Origin: a bacterium
GTDB taxonomy: Bacteria > SAR324 > NAC60-12
Reading direction: 5' to 3'
DNA: 64,000 nt
Assembly (NCBI GenBank): GCA_965209155.1
Contig: OZ242383.1
Coordinates: forward strand, 3,168,001-3,232,000
Below, piece after piece: positions 11,391 through 24,706 of this stretch; position 1 is the stretch's first letter, and each line of letters opens with the position of its first letter. The notes beneath the pieces are model-generated. The model was not told where the DNA came from. It saw only the letters and a list, made by a program, of their open reading frames with translations, and searched no databases. A program made the translations under genes and the position numbers.

Positions 11391-12094
11391 TTTGCTTGTT
11401 GGTCCAAGTCCTGAATATGATCCGTATATTTCAGTAGCCACTTTTTTGCCCTTTGAAAATCTTGTTGGTGATGATAAGCCAATCCCAGCAGATGTAGCCA
11501 TTCTATATTCTGCTCCTTGGTTAGCTGTCCTGTAGTTGTTATCTTGGAAAGAGAGTCACTGGCTTTCTGATAAACCGAAAGCGCTTCAGAGGTTTGATTT
11601 TTGCGCGCCGATTCTGCAACATAAAAATAGGATCTTCCCAACAAGTAGTATACAATTTCCCGATACTTGCTTTCTGGAAATTTTTCGGAAAAGTCACTGA
11701 GAATTGATATACTTTTTTTATGTTGCAGCATACCTGCTCTCAATCGACCTTCCCGAAACATTGCCTCTTCAGTCCACCGGCCCATACGATATTCTTGTCG
11801 ATAATTGGAATACTCGTCTGCAAGCCCGATCTTGTCTTCCGAGCCCAAATCCTTCGCTCGGATTTTCAAAAACAAAACCGTTTCACGAAATTGACCATCA
11901 GGAAATTTTTTTAGATATTCCTCAGCTTCCTCTTCAGCCAGTTTATAGAATTCGTCTCTGAAAAATCCTTGTATAATTTGAAACTGTTCTTCTTCAGGTA
12001 GAGAAGCAAATGTTTCCAAGGGGGGGGAGAGCACTACTACAAATAAAAATAAAAGTAAGGAGTCAACTAACAAATTTTTACAAAAGTAAGCCAT
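1..12094 (-). CDS. Giant exported TPR-repeat (solenoid) protein, >=4031 aa, 3' end outside window
   Basis: I translated the - strand from ATG 12094: MAYFCKNLLVDSLLLFLFVVVLSPPLETFA (signal-peptide-like), ~230 aa of TPR-like sequence, then 90-aa repeats. The frame is the same at 12094 and at nt 58-2. The ORF track lists no ORF in this frame, consistent with no stop inside the window. An alternative in-frame ATG lies at 12160. Confidence 0.92.
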   Translation of the reverse strand, partial: MAYFCKNLLVDSLLLFLFVVVLSPPLETFASLPEEEQFQIIQGFFRDEFYKLAEEEAEEYLKKFPDGQFRETVLFLKIRAKDLGSEDKIGLADEYSNYRQEYRMGRWTEEAMFREGRLRAGMLQHKKSISILSDFSEKFPESKYREIVYYLLGRSYFYVAESARKNQTSEALSVYQKASDSLSKITTTGQLTKEQNIEWLHLLGLAYHHQQDFQRAKKWLLKYTDHIQDLDQQAKIYYQLGQNEWGQKNYKEALIFFDKLEHFPQFHLRDSTLFFKAEGEYQILLSEPDARQKKIRMETIVELYRNYLKTEDNQYRNNARERVASLYYQLGQIEWKQRNYKEAVIFFDKLEQFPEFPLRHPTLFLIAEGEYQILLNEPKAQQTRARLEAIVQSYQNYITTKDTQYRDDAEARIASLYYQLGQIEWEQRNYKEAIAFFNKLERFSKFPLRKTTLFLKAEGEYQIFISEPDSPHQNSRLEAIIQLYQNYLNTDDLQYLDDANERIALLYYQLGFREWENKNYLKAISYYNELERFPQFPLFHSTLFLKAEGRYQILVSQPDSNQNRAQMEIILQLYQNYLKTGDNHYQDDARSRIASLYYQLGQIEWAKQNYKHAVSFFDELERFPQFPLLHPAIFLKAEGEYQILQHVPESQHTRTHLENIVTLFQRYLETRDNQYQSDAKARIASLYYQIGQIEWKQQNYKEAIAFFNELEKFPQFPLGPVALFLKAEGEYQILIHESESEHTRTRLETIIRFYRNYLKTEDIEYQSDAKARIALLLYKLGQQEWEKQNYKEAIAFFDELEKFPEFPHRPTTLFLKAEGQYQILLRQPKSQQKRGRLHAVVQLYQDYLKTGDKQYKDDAKDRIASLFYQIGQQEWKKQNYKVAIAFFDKLEKFPEFPLRHPALFLKAEGEYQILLSLPESQHQRTLLEDIIQLYQKYLKTKNSQYQGDAKARIALLYYQLAQNEWKQQNYKEAIIFFDKLEQFPQFPLRPTALFLKAEGEYQILQNQPKSFQKRVRLERIVKLFQNYLKTKNNQYQGDARARIALLYYQIGQQEWEQQNYQEAITFFDKLEQFPRFPFIPRALFLKAEGEYQIMLSEPESGHKQVRLESIVKLYQDYLETEEDEYRNDARSRIASLYYQLGQNKWKQQNYEEAVAYFTELERFPQFPLRHPTLFLKAEGEYLILQNLPESQQEKALLEDSIRLYQKYLDTQDSQYQSDATARIASLYYQIGQQEWQKKSYKEAIAFFEKLEQFPQFPLRHPALFLKAEGEYQVLQSEPEPHRNKVRMEAIIVLFQNYLKTEDSQYQDDAKARIAMLYYQLGQTEWEQQNYKDAVAYFEEVEQFPQFPLSKPTLFLKAEGEYQILQSQPESEHKRAQLEAILLLYQDYLKTDDSEYQENAEARIASLYYQIGQQEWEKQNYQEAVAFFDKLEKFPQFPLIHATHFLKAEGKYQILLRQPESEHKRPHLENVVALFQNYLETKDSQYQDDAKARIASLYYQIGQQEWEKQNYQEAVAFFDKLEKFPQFPLRHPSLFLKAEGEYQILLSRPEAHKNQTRLETIAQLFQNYLKTRDSQYQGDAEARIASLYYQLGQNEWNRQNFKKAIAYFDELEQFPRFPLRHSTLFLKAEGEYQILLGEPESHHTNAHLKGIIDLYQNYLETGDSQYNNDAESRVASLYYQLGQNEWVKKNYKEAIEFFDELNHFPSFPLRSSTYFFKAEGEYQILQNQPETEHTRARLENIVENFQHYLKTKDIQYQEKANERIASLYYQLGQKEWEKKNYKEAVGYFDKLERFPQFPLLHPTLFLKAEGEYQILQKQSESEHERARLEFIVKLYQNYLRTKDTKYQDDAKARIALLYYQLGQKEWEKKNYAEAITLFNKLEQFPRFPQRFTALFLKAEGEYQILLSQPRSEHKQGRLERIIQLFQDYLKTEDSQYRSDARARIASLYYQLGQQEWEKQNYQKALVFFDELEQFPEFPLRHPTLFLKAEGEYQILLGQPRSEHKRVRLEAIIQLYWDYLKTEDNQYQSDAGSRIALLYYQLGQQEWEKQNYQEAIAFFEKLEQFPQFPLRHLTLFLKAEGEYQILLGQPKSSHDRGRIENIIQLFQNYLDTKDNQYLDESRARIASLYYQLGQNEWEQKNYKEAIAFFDELEKYPNFPLRHPTLFLKAEGEYLLLMNSPESQHERARLEALVQLFQNYLVTENSQYQSDANARIASLYYQLGQQQWETQDYKEAIAYFDKLNQFPQFPLRHTALFLKAEGEYQLIQKEHESRQEQARLEVIVQLFQNYLETGDDQYQADAKDRIASLYYQLGQQQWDRQNYEDAIAYFDELERFPQFPLRHPTLFLKAEGKYRILFRQPESLHKRVHLEAIILLYQNYLKTEDDQYQGQAKTRIAELYYQLGQQQWEEKNYKKAIAYFDELEQFPRFPLRHTALFLKAEGEYQVLQIMPESQRERAHMENIVQLFQNYLKTDDNQYLSDARARIASVYYQLGQQQWEEKNYEEAIVFFNELEQFPKFSLRHPTLFLIAEGEYQILLGKPASRQYRESMEAIVQLYKNYLNTEDNQYRSDARARIASLYYEIGQGEWRKKNYEEAIAYFNRLEQFPNFPLRYTALFLIAEGEYQILLEQPEFQNNREGMEAIVLLYQNYLKTQDRQYRSDARSRIASFYYQLGQGEWEKKNYEEAVVFFDNLEEFPDFPLRNTALFLRAEGEYQILQNLPQSQQERARLEAIVLLYQNYLKTLDSQYKSDARSRIASLYYQLGQGEWEKNNYKMAIAFFDNLEEFPDFPLRHATLFLKAEGEYHILQSLPETQHERARLEAIVQLFLNYLEAEDNRYQDDAKARIASLYYQLGQGEWEKQNYKEAIAFFDNLEEFPDFPLRRPALFLKAEGEYQILQSQPESEHEQSRLEAIAQLFQHYLETEDSQYNEEAKARIASLYYQLGQGEWEKQNYQEAITFFEKLEQFPEFPLRFHTIFLKAEGEYQILQSLPESEHKRTHLETIVQLYQNYLETKDDQYRADARARVASLYYQFGQYEWNKQNYKEAIAFFDELAQFHNFPLRHPALFLKAEGEYQILINLPESHHERSHLEGILKLFQNYLKTGDKQYQDDAKARIASLYYQLGQQEWEKQNYREAIVFFDELEQFPQFPLRHTTLFLKAEGEYQILQYQPKSQHKQVRLEAIMQLYQNYLETQDEQYRSDARSRIASIYYQLGQQEWEKQNYKEAIVFFDELEQFPQFPLRHPTLFLKAEGEYQLLQQRPHQYRHKRVSLEGIIQLYQDYLETEDSEYEEDAKVRIASIFYQLGQSEWEKKNYREAVAFFDELRQFPQFPLLNPALFLKAEGEYQILQNQQNPQNEQARLKVVMQLFQNYLATKDTQYQNDAEARIASLYYQLGQQEWAKQNYQEAIAYFDNLERFPQFPLRHSTLFLKAEGEYQILLNKPNSKHNGAHLEAIVELFQNYLKTGDSQYQGDAKARVASLYYQLGQQQWEKHNYEEAIALFEKLEHFPRFPLRHSTLFLKAEGEYQILLSQPKRQHNRTRKEEIILLYQNYLKTEDNQYQIDAKERIASLFYQLGQSEWEKQNYQEAIAFFNKLEQFPEFPLRHPTLFLKAEGEYQILQSQPESQNNRTRMESIIQRYQSYLKTGDDQFQKDANSRIASLYYQLGQSEWKKQNYQEAIAFFDELEQFPEFPLRPHTLFLKAEGEYQLMLSLPESQHRRTHLESIVELFKNYLETQDGEYDNDAKARIALLYYQLGQQEWKKQNYQEAITFFDELKQFPQFSLHDPALFLKAEGEYQLMQREPESQRNRDHLVAILQRFQHYLKTEDVQYQTEAQSRIASLYYQLGQNEWDKRNYREAIAFFDELDQFPQFPLRLPTLFLKAEGEYQILLSESEPQNKEDRMESIVGLYQNYLDAEDSQYEADANSRIASLYYQLGQSEWEKQNFQEAITFFEKLEQFPEFSLRDPTLFLIAEGEYQILLSQPKSQYLRTRLEGIVQLYQNYLKTGDNQYLNDAKERIASLNYQLGQIEWEKNNY

Positions 12095-12953
12095 TGGGAT
12101 CTTTTTTAGAAAATTGATCAGTGAGTATTTTGGAGTGGTTGAATTACTGATTCCCAGCATGTACTGTAGATATTGGCAACACGAAAGACCTTACTACAAT
12201 TTTTTATACGAGGCTGGATGGAGATTTTGGATTGGGAAACTTTCAGGATTCGGGCAAGAAAAGAAACGCATAGTTTATTTATTGCTCCTCCTTCAAGAGC
12301 GGCGATAAAACTCAATTTGATTTTGTTGTTTAAGGCAAACCTCCATGACCCTGTGTGCGCAAGTAATTGGACAAAATGATAAAAAACAAGTTGGTTGCCA
12401 TTTAGAATGAAACCGTTTTGCGCAGGTATCATAACACTAGAAATATATGATCCGATCATTTTTTGGAATTTTCGTATTCATATCCTTGCATGAACTTGAC
12501 CACTTTGCTCCTTACAAAAAAAATTATCTTGTAAGACAGTAAGAATCAGGAATCTTCTAGTTGATTGCTTAAATTGAATTGCGTGAAATAGAATAGGGTT
12601 GAATCTATGGGACTTTCCCGGTAAGGTTGACGATTTCAAATTTAACTTTCTCTAAAAGAAAGTCCCATGAAATTCTAATTGAGTGTAACGGAATTCAGAA
12701 AAATGTTCAATACTCTTCTCAAAGCCTGGAAGCATTATTGGAGCTGTTACGAGTGGATTTTAGCAATCAAGTCGGTATTGATCTTTCCGAATCAATGAAG
12801 CAGAACTGATCGAAAATCTGGGAGGAACCCAGTGAGCGAAGTGGAAGCCCTGGGAATCACCAGTATGCTCTAATCCGATAATTTCTTAAATCAGGCAAAA
12901 ACTGTTAGAACTATTGATAAAAAAAATTCACCTGAAATAGGGACTAAATTTGC

Positions 12954-13586
12954 ATGGCACGGACATGTATTAAGGTGTGTGGGTTAACGACCCGAGAACA
13001 GGTAAAAGATTGTGTCGATTCAGGAGTAGATTGGTTGGGGTTCAATTGTTATCCCGGATCCAAAAGGTATATAGTTCCTGAAAAAATTCGTGAACTGTTG
13101 AATATTGTGCCTTTTGATGTAAAAACGGTTGGAGTTTTTGTAAATGGGTCGGTTCAAAAAGTCAATCAAATCATGGAATACACTGGTTTGCAACTTGTCC
13201 AATTGCATGGAGACGAATCACCTGAATATGCGAAAGCCTTAACACACGAATATATTCGGGTTTTTCGTGTCTCTCCCTCTTTTCAACCGAATCAGATCAG
13301 CCATTTCCCATTAAGCTATTTTTTACTTGATTCTTACCAACCCAACCGTTATGGAGGAACAGGTAAGTCTTTCAATTGGGAAATCGCGAAGAAGTCCAAA
13401 AAGTTTGGACGATTAATTTTGGCAGGTGGACTGAATTCTGAAAATGTGCAAGAAGCCATCACCAGTGTTCGTCCTTTTGGTGTCGATGTCTGTAGTGGAG
13501 TGGAATCTTCACCGGGATTGAAAAATCGGAATCGTGTTGCCACTTTCATTTCGGCTGTTAGAAAAGCAGACCAGATCCGGATTTAA
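12954..13586 (+). CDS. trpF: Phosphoribosylanthranilate isomerase
   Basis: Motifs IKVCGLT, QLHGDE, GGTGKSFNW, LAGGL, GVDVCSGVES. Confidence 0.95.
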   Translation: MARTCIKVCGLTTREQVKDCVDSGVDWLGFNCYPGSKRYIVPEKIRELLNIVPFDVKTVGVFVNGSVQKVNQIMEYTGLQLVQLHGDESPEYAKALTHEYIRVFRVSPSFQPNQISHFPLSYFLLDSYQPNRYGGTGKSFNWEIAKKSKKFGRLILAGGLNSENVQEAITSVRPFGVDVCSGVESSPGLKNRNRVATFISAVRKADQIRI

Positions 13587-13717
13587 TTGCTTGATCTGTA
13601 GGAACAATTAAACAATCGGTTACATGAACTTCAAGGCAATGATGTTCATTTTCGGACTTGAGCTCCATTTAAAAATCTGAGTCTCATTTTATGGGCGCTT
13701 GAATTTTTTGAATTTTT

Positions 13718-13856
13718 AATCTAAAAAAAGTTTGACAATAATTTTTTTTTCTATAAATTATTATTAAGCATGCTAAAACGCATTCAAAAATCTAAAAAAG
13801 TTTGAAAATAATTTTTTTCTATAAATTATTTTTTAGTGTGCTAAAATGCTTTCAAA
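13718..13856 (+). promoter_or_regulatory. Tandemly duplicated rRNA promoter (AT-rich UP element, TTGACA/TTGAAA -35, TAAATT-like -10)
   Basis: Two ~68-bp near-copies of aatctaaaaaagtttga(c/a)aata-attttt-ctataaattatt. TTGACA at 13732-13737. BoxA-like ggtctttgacaa at ~13864. Confidence 0.7.
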
Positions 13857-13981
13857 TCATGTTGGTCTTTGACAAGGGAATCGGAAGAAATTTACAAGAA
13901 TGGGCCATTGATCCGTCAGATTTGCTCTGATGGGTCATTAAGATTTTGCTGATGTAAATCAGCGCGTCATATCAAACTTTA

Positions 13982-15506
<1,525 letters not shown>

Positions 15507-15749
15507 AATTTCTTGAATCTCTTTCAAGAGATAAGGTCGATGCCCTTCGAGTTTTTTCAACCGACCCCTTGTCAAAAGACTATTTTCCTTTTGGTATTTC
15601 TCTGGTAAAGACAAAAATTATTTGTTTTTGTCTCTCCAGCATAAAATATATTTGTTGTTCTTGGATAATTAAATCAGAAAGCTGTTTAAACTTTCACCCA
15701 GGTAGAGGTGAAGGTTTTATCTTCAAGAGTAAGATTTGGTTTCAAGAGA

Positions 15750-18685
<2,936 letters not shown>

Positions 18686-18749
18686 TTTTCGAATACCAAT
18701 TACTCTTTGATAAAACCTTCACCGCTCTCAGGGTGAACAATAAATCGTT

Positions 18750-18868
18750 TTTCGGTGCTTATGGCAAGGGGGTCATACCTGTACCCTTCCCGAACACAGA
18801 AGTCAAGTCCCTTTGCGCTTATGGTACTGCCAGGGAAACCGCGGTGGGAGAGTCGGACAGTGCCGGAA
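18750..18868 (+). rRNA. rrf: 5S rRNA
   Basis: CCCGAACACAGAAGTCAAG and GGGAGAGTCGG motifs, complementary ends, ~119 nt. Confidence 0.95.
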
Positions 18869-18915
18869 ATCTTATTTAAATACCCCAAATACCATTCTCC
18901 TGAAACCTTTAGGTT

Positions 18916-19002
18916 GCCGAGGTGGTGAAATTGGTAGACGCGCTGGACTCAAAATCCAGTGGGGGCGACCCCGTGCCGGTTCGATTCCGGCTCTCGGCAC
19001 CA
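18916..19002 (+). tRNA. tRNA-Leu(CAA)
   Basis: GCCGAGG...CTCGGCACCA, anticodon loop CTCAAAA, long variable arm, GGTTCGATTCC. Confidence 0.96.
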
Positions 19003-19374
19003 ACTGGATTTGTCAGACAATCATCCTGATCTTTTGAAAATCTACACACTCATATGTTGGATAAACTATCTTTTCAACGATAGCTATACTTTCTCACCTC
19101 AAGGTGATTTTGCATTACCATCTCGGACTTGCATTCACGAATGAGGAGTTTGATCGAGAATCTCGCGCCATAGCGTTCAATGATAGCTGAGGAAGAAAGA
19201 TAGACTTTTTCGCCCAAAAACGAAGTAATCCTGTTTGCGTGACGTCCTTTTCAAGTGATGGTTATCCACACTGTTTCCAATCGGTATGAAAAACCCGGTA
19301 AGGAATAGCAGCCTCCTCGTTGCTCGGCGCGCATATAAAGCAACTTGTGGTCGTGCCGCAAAGAAAGGAGTGGG

Positions 19375-20556
19375 TCAATAAACTTCAAACAAGCCCGCGG
19401 CTCCCATTCCGCCTCCTATGCACATGGTGCAAACGACGTAACGGGCGCCACGACGTTTGCCTTCGATAAGGGCATGGCCCACCATCCGAGCCCCACTCAT
19501 GCCGTAGGGATGCCCAATAGCAATTGAACCCCCATTGACGTTGAGCAATTCACCGGGAAGTCCCAACCTGTCCCGACAATAAAGCACTTGCACGGCAAAG
19601 GCTTCGTTCAGTTCCCATAGATCAATGTCTTCGATGCGCAATCCGTTTCTTTGCAAGAGCTTCGGCACTGCGAAAACGGGACCAATTCCCATTTCATCGG
19701 GTTCGCAACCTGCTACGGCAAGACCCCGGTACGCCCCCAAGGGGTTCAATCCTTTTTGCTCTGCCAGTTTGCTTTCCATCAAGACTGACGCGGAAGCGCC
19801 ATCCGACAACTGACTGGCATTGCCTGCCGTGATCCTGCCACCTTCATAAACCGGTTTCAACGCGAGCAATCCTTCCATGCTGGTTTCCGGGCGGTTGCCT
19901 TCGTCTCTTTCCAAAAGCACTTCCATTTTCAGGCTTTCCTCGCTTTCCTTGTTGAAAACCACTTTCGTCGAAGGAAGAGAGACGATTTCATCATCAAATT
20001 TTCCAGCCAGCTGGGCAGCAGCTGTCCGTTGTTCGCTTTGCAGCGCATATTCGTCCTGGGCTTCCCGTAAGATCTGGTAACGATTCCCCACTACCTCTGC
20101 CGTATCAATCATGGGCATGTAAGCATGTTCGGCAATGTTGAGCACGTTCGGATCCTGGGACCTGTAGGTATTCATGTGGTTGTTCTGGACGAGACTGATC
20201 GATTCGATCCCCCCACCAATGGCGATGGGGACTCCATCATTGATAATTTGTTTGGCGGCAGTCGCAATGGCCATCATTCCGGAGGAGCATTGTCGATCGA
20301 TGCTCATTCCCGAAGTGGTGACCGGTAGTCCTGCTACCAGGGCGCTGGTTCGCGCGATATTGAAACCGGAGGTGCCTTGCTGCATGGCGCAACCCATAAC
20401 GACGTCGTCCACTTCCTGCGCTTCGATTCCCGCCCGTTGGACCGCTTCGCGGATCACATGTCCTCCCATCGTGGGAGCATCGGTGTCATTGAAAGCGCCT
20501 CGATAGGCTTTACCAATTGGTGTTCTTGCCGTTGATACGATCACTGCTTCTCTCAT
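19375..20556 (-). CDS. Acetyl-CoA C-acyltransferase (thiolase)
   Basis: Motifs [26 protein letters not shown]. Confidence 0.95.
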   Translation of the reverse strand: MREAVIVSTARTPIGKAYRGAFNDTDAPTMGGHVIREAVQRAGIEAQEVDDVVMGCAMQQGTSGFNIARTSALVAGLPVTTSGMSIDRQCSSGMMAIATAAKQIINDGVPIAIGGGIESISLVQNNHMNTYRSQDPNVLNIAEHAYMPMIDTAEVVGNRYQILREAQDEYALQSEQRTAAAQLAGKFDDEIVSLPSTKVVFNKESEESLKMEVLLERDEGNRPETSMEGLLALKPVYEGGRITAGNASQLSDGASASVLMESKLAEQKGLNPLGAYRGLAVAGCEPDEMGIGPVFAVPKLLQRNGLRIEDIDLWELNEAFAVQVLYCRDRLGLPGELLNVNGGSIAIGHPYGMSGARMVGHALIEGKRRGARYVVCTMCIGGGMGAAGLFEVY

Positions 20557-21000
20557 TTTTTTCCTTTGATTTTATAAGACGTTGTATTAGATTTGATTCT
20601 CAAAAACCTGCGTCTGTCCGAAAATATCGACCTTATGCATCGTTATTTACAAAAGCGACGAAATGTTGTTTTTTTGAATTCAGTAATGTGATCAATTTAA
20701 TGCACATCCTCAATTGATCAAGTTTTTTGTTGAGGTTCGACTTTTCCACCGCATTCCCAGTGAAAATAATTTCTCTGGTTATGCGGTACTTCAAGCAGTA
20801 CGGTGGCCAAACCGGAGAATCCTGGTAATTTCATGGAGCAAATCAGATGCCACGTTGCTTGTTGGCGGTATTGTTTTGCGTACTGGAATTGTCTCTGGAA
20901 TGAAAAAGAAACTGTGAAAGCCTTGTGATTTTGCGCAATATCCATCAAAACTAATCGACATTAGAATCATTCGGCTGAAGCAAACTACCTCCAGGATAAA

Positions 21001-21540
21001 ATGACTTCCCCATCAAATGCGCTGATACTTCCTTTTCAAGGCACCAGACCTCGCATAGCAAGCGATGTTTTTATTGCGGAGAATGCCGTTATAATCGGAA
21101 ACGTGGAAATTGGCTCCCAATCGGGAATCTGGTTCGGTTGCGTCCTGCGAGGAGACGTCAATCAAATACGCATTGGGGAGCGTACCAACATCCAGGATGG
21201 TACGATTATCCATGTTTCCAGCGTCGATCAGGGGACTTACCTGGGAGACGACGTTACCGTGGGGCACATGGTATTATTGCATTCCTGTACGATTGAAGAC
21301 CGCGCCTTCATTGGAATGAAATCCTGTCTGCTGGACAATGTTTACGTGGAGCAAGGCGGCATGGTCGCTGCCGGGTCCCTAGTGACTCCTGGCAAACGAG
21401 TGCGAAGCGGTGAGCTGTGGATGGGGAGTCCTGCGCGATGCCAACGAATGCTCACGGAGGAAGAAAAAATCGGCTTTGCTGAAACGGCGCCCCATTACGT
21501 CGAGTTGGCGCGACAACATTTGTCGTCGTACAAATCGTGA
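21001..21540 (+). CDS. Gamma-class carbonic anhydrase family protein (YrdA/CaiE-like)
   Basis: LRGDVNxIRIGERTNIQDG, His ligands, hexapeptide repeats. Confidence 0.92.
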   Translation: MTSPSNALILPFQGTRPRIASDVFIAENAVIIGNVEIGSQSGIWFGCVLRGDVNQIRIGERTNIQDGTIIHVSSVDQGTYLGDDVTVGHMVLLHSCTIEDRAFIGMKSCLLDNVYVEQGGMVAAGSLVTPGKRVRSGELWMGSPARCQRMLTEEEKIGFAETAPHYVELARQHLSSYKS

Positions 21541-21617
21541 AGTTTGATTCTGCTCAAACCATCGCGGCCGGTGGCCTCGGTTTTTTTTTCAGGAACGAAT
21601 TATTGTTGAGAATTCCT

Positions 21618-23414
21618 TTACAAATCCAAATCCGTCACCGCGCCGAGAGAGGCGTTGCTGACGGTTTTGGCATATTTTGCCAGTATGCCTTTGGAGAATC
21701 GGGGTCGGGGTCGTTTCCAGGCATTCAATCGTCTTTCTAATTCAGTTGCCGGAATATCAAGATTCAATTTGCGTTTTTTGGCGTCGATGGTGATTTGATC
21801 TCCATCCTCGATGATGGCAATGGGGCCCCCTTCGATTGCTTCCGGAGTGATGTGACCCAACACGAATCCATGGCTTCCCCCGGAAAAACGGCCATCGGTG
21901 ATCAAAGCCACGTCGTTACCAAGCCCCCTACCCATCACTGCCGATGTAGGCGCCAGCATCTCACGCATGCCTGGTCCTCCTTTTGGCCCCTCATAGCGGA
22001 TGACAATCACGTCACCTTTTTGCACGGTGCCATCCAGTATACGTTGCATCGCATTTTCCTCCGAATCAAAACAACGGGCTTTGCCCACAAACCGTTCACC
22101 TTCTTTTCCTGAAATTTTTCCCACTGCGCCTCCAGCGGCCAGGTTGCCGTTGAATATCACCAGGTGGCTCTCTTTTTTGATGGGGTTTTTAATCGAATAG
22201 ATCACTTTCTGCCCCTTGGGATAAGCCTTCACCCCTTCCAGGTTTTGAGACAAGGTTTGGCCCGTGACGGTCATACAGTCTTTATGGAGAAGTCCGGCAT
22301 CGAGCAGCGTTTTCAGTAAAGGTTGCAAACCACCGATTTTGATCAAATCGTTCATTACGTATTTTCCACTGGGTTTCAAATCGGCCAACACCGGAACCCG
22401 ACGTCCAATCCTGGTAAAGTCGGTGATTTTCAGGGAGACACCCATGGCATGCGCCATGGCCAGCAGATGCAGCACGGCATTGGTCGAACCTCCCAAGGCT
22501 ATGACCACCGTGATGGCATTTTCAAATGCTTTTTTGGTCATGATATCCACCGGACGGATTCCCTGTTTGATGAGATTCATCACGGCAGCTCCGGCTTTAC
22601 GACATTCCCGGGCTTTGGCGTGGGAAATGGCAGAAGCGGCGGAACTGTCGGGCAGGCTCATCCCCATCGCTTCGATGGCAGACGCCATGGTATTGGCCGT
22701 ATACATCCCACTACATGAACCGGGACCCGGAATGGCGCTCGATTCAACGGCGCTCAGTTCTTTTTGATTGATCTGGTTGCTGGCATATTGACCGACTGCT
22801 TCAAAAATGGAGATAATGTCCACATCCTGGTCCCGGTATCGTCCCGGCATGATAGTGCCCCCGTAGACGAATACCGAAGGCCGGTTCAGCCTTGCCAGAG
22901 CCATCAGGCATCCGGGCATATTTTTGTCACATCCTCCAATCGCGATCACCCCGTCGTAACCCTGGCATCCCACCACCGTTTCGATGGAATCGGCAATCAC
23001 TTCCCGGGAAACCAGGGAATATTTCATCCCTTCGGTTCCCATGGAGATGCCATCGGAAATGGTGATCGTATTGAATTGATTCGACTTACCACCCGCCCGG
23101 TCTACCCCTTTTGCGGCAAAATCGGCCAACTCGTTGATATGCATGTTGCAAGGTGTGACCCGTCCCCAAGTGGAGGCGATGCCGACCTGGGATTTTTTAA
23201 AATCGGACTTTTTGAATCCCATCGCATACAACATTCCCCGGCTCGCTGCCCGCTCGTATCCATCGAGGACGATGGCGGAATGCGCCCGTTCCGGAGAGGT
23301 GGGTGGGAGCGGATTTTTCTTTGCAGGATTTTTTTGAGACGAGGGCATTTTGGAGGACTGGTTTTTTGCAGTGGATTTTTTTGTATTGGGGGGAGATGTT
23401 TTTGTTTTCGGCAT
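21618..23414 (-). CDS. ilvD: Dihydroxy-acid dehydratase
   Basis: Motifs [32 protein letters not shown]. Start chosen after an AAGGA RBS. K/P-rich N-terminal extension. Confidence 0.96.
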   Translation of the reverse strand: MPKTKTSPPNTKKSTAKNQSSKMPSSQKNPAKKNPLPPTSPERAHSAIVLDGYERAASRGMLYAMGFKKSDFKKSQVGIASTWGRVTPCNMHINELADFAAKGVDRAGGKSNQFNTITISDGISMGTEGMKYSLVSREVIADSIETVVGCQGYDGVIAIGGCDKNMPGCLMALARLNRPSVFVYGGTIMPGRYRDQDVDIISIFEAVGQYASNQINQKELSAVESSAIPGPGSCSGMYTANTMASAIEAMGMSLPDSSAASAISHAKARECRKAGAAVMNLIKQGIRPVDIMTKKAFENAITVVIALGGSTNAVLHLLAMAHAMGVSLKITDFTRIGRRVPVLADLKPSGKYVMNDLIKIGGLQPLLKTLLDAGLLHKDCMTVTGQTLSQNLEGVKAYPKGQKVIYSIKNPIKKESHLVIFNGNLAAGGAVGKISGKEGERFVGKARCFDSEENAMQRILDGTVQKGDVIVIRYEGPKGGPGMREMLAPTSAVMGRGLGNDVALITDGRFSGGSHGFVLGHITPEAIEGGPIAIIEDGDQITIDAKKRKLNLDIPATELERRLNAWKRPRPRFSKGILAKYAKTVSNASLGAVTDLDL

Positions 23415-23476
23415 ATGATTTTCCTTATTTGTCCTCATACGAGGATACGATAATGCTCAATATTTCCTTCATCATT

Positions 23477-24706
23477 TCAGGCCAGGGCTGTTTGCGCTTC
23501 TCGCAAACGTGCGGTCAGGTCAATCCCTTGCGGGCAAGCCGCAGTGGCTTGCGCCAGGTTCACTTGGTCGAATTGTCGGGCTTCTGCAGGAATACCCCGG
23601 AACAATTCGCGCGCCAGTTCTTTTTTTCCATAGCATTCATGATACATGAGAAAACGCAGCGAATCGGCAATGGCCACCTGGTTTCCCACAGACGCTTCAC
23701 AGAATTGTGAGCAACCGTTACAGGCGTATCCTGCCGTCCGCGCAGCCAATTGATTCAGTTGGTGCCATTCGTTGGCGGAAAGCAATTTTTCTGTTTTGGC
23801 GGCTGCAATGTTTTCCCGTAAAACGCGGATGCTGTCCATTTCCGAGACAATCGAATCGATACGTTCGTCTGCCCAAACAGATTTGAGTTTTGCCTGACCC
23901 AACGTGAAATCCCGGGAGCGAAACTGCACTACGGATTCAAGATTACGCGGAACCGAACCATTGGTTTTCATGGCAATCAAACCAATACCGGCTTTTTTGC
24001 AAGCATCCATGGCTCGATTCAATTCCAAATCACCGTAACGTCGAAAATTATAACGGAATAAAATGGCATCGATGCCTCCTACTCGAGCGGCCTTGGTTAA
24101 AAGTTCCACTACATTGCCATCGTGACAGGAAAAACCAAAAAATCGGGTTTTTCCGGACTGGCGCAATTTGTCCCCAAGGTGGAGGTAATCCCGGTCCAAC
24201 ATCGCTTCATCTCGAATGCCATGCATAAAGTAGAGATCCAGGTAATCGGTTTGCAATTCTTGCAGGCATTCGTCAATCCCGGAGGACAGACCTTGAATTG
24301 CGCGACTACTCGATTTGGACGTGATCCACACTCGCTTGCGATCCCCGACCTGACTGACAAAATTCGCAATAGCCCGGTGAGAAGCCCCCCAACCGTAGGA
24401 CAATGCGGTATCAAAGGCCGTCACGCCTCCCTTGAAACAACGATGCAGGATCTTGTCATAAACCGGATCCAAGCGTTGGGAAGTTCCCAAAATCAAAATA
24501 GGTATTTTAACTCCCGTAGCGCCCAATTCATGATGCGGCATGGACGCTTCGGAAAAAGGATCGTTCTGCCGGTTCCGTGAACCACGGGATTGGGCATTTG
24601 CCAGTCTTGCAACACCTAGAGTTGTTACGGAAAACGCAGCCGTTTTGATTAATTTTCGTCGTCCGATCTTGTTTTCACTCACGATATTCTCCTCATGCTG
24701 GTTCAT
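23477..24706 (-). CDS. Aldo/keto reductase with Tat-like signal and C-terminal Fe-S cysteines
   Basis: GRRKLIK twin-arginine, [25 protein letters not shown]...CP. Confidence 0.85.
   Translation of the reverse strand: MNQHEENIVSENKIGRRKLIKTAAFSVTTLGVARLANAQSRGSRNRQNDPFSEASMPHHELGATGVKIPILILGTSQRLDPVYDKILHRCFKGGVTAFDTALSYGWGASHRAIANFVSQVGDRKRVWITSKSSSRAIQGLSSGIDECLQELQTDYLDLYFMHGIRDEAMLDRDYLHLGDKLRQSGKTRFFGFSCHDGNVVELLTKAARVGGIDAILFRYNFRRYGDLELNRAMDACKKAGIGLIAMKTNGSVPRNLESVVQFRSRDFTLGQAKLKSVWADERIDSIVSEMDSIRVLRENIAAAKTEKLLSANEWHQLNQLAARTAGYACNGCSQFCEASVGNQVAIADSLRFLMYHECYGKKELARELFRGIPAEARQFDQVNLAQATAACPQGIDLTARLREAQTALA

Noticed and set aside
377..11961. About 35 short ORFs listed in the track
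   Set aside because: They are alternate-frame or antisense shadows of the single giant - strand ORF.
12627..12809. ThiS/MoaD-like ORF (ILIECNG...SLEALLELL)
   Set aside because: No C-terminal GG and no TPP riboswitch seen; at best a fragment.
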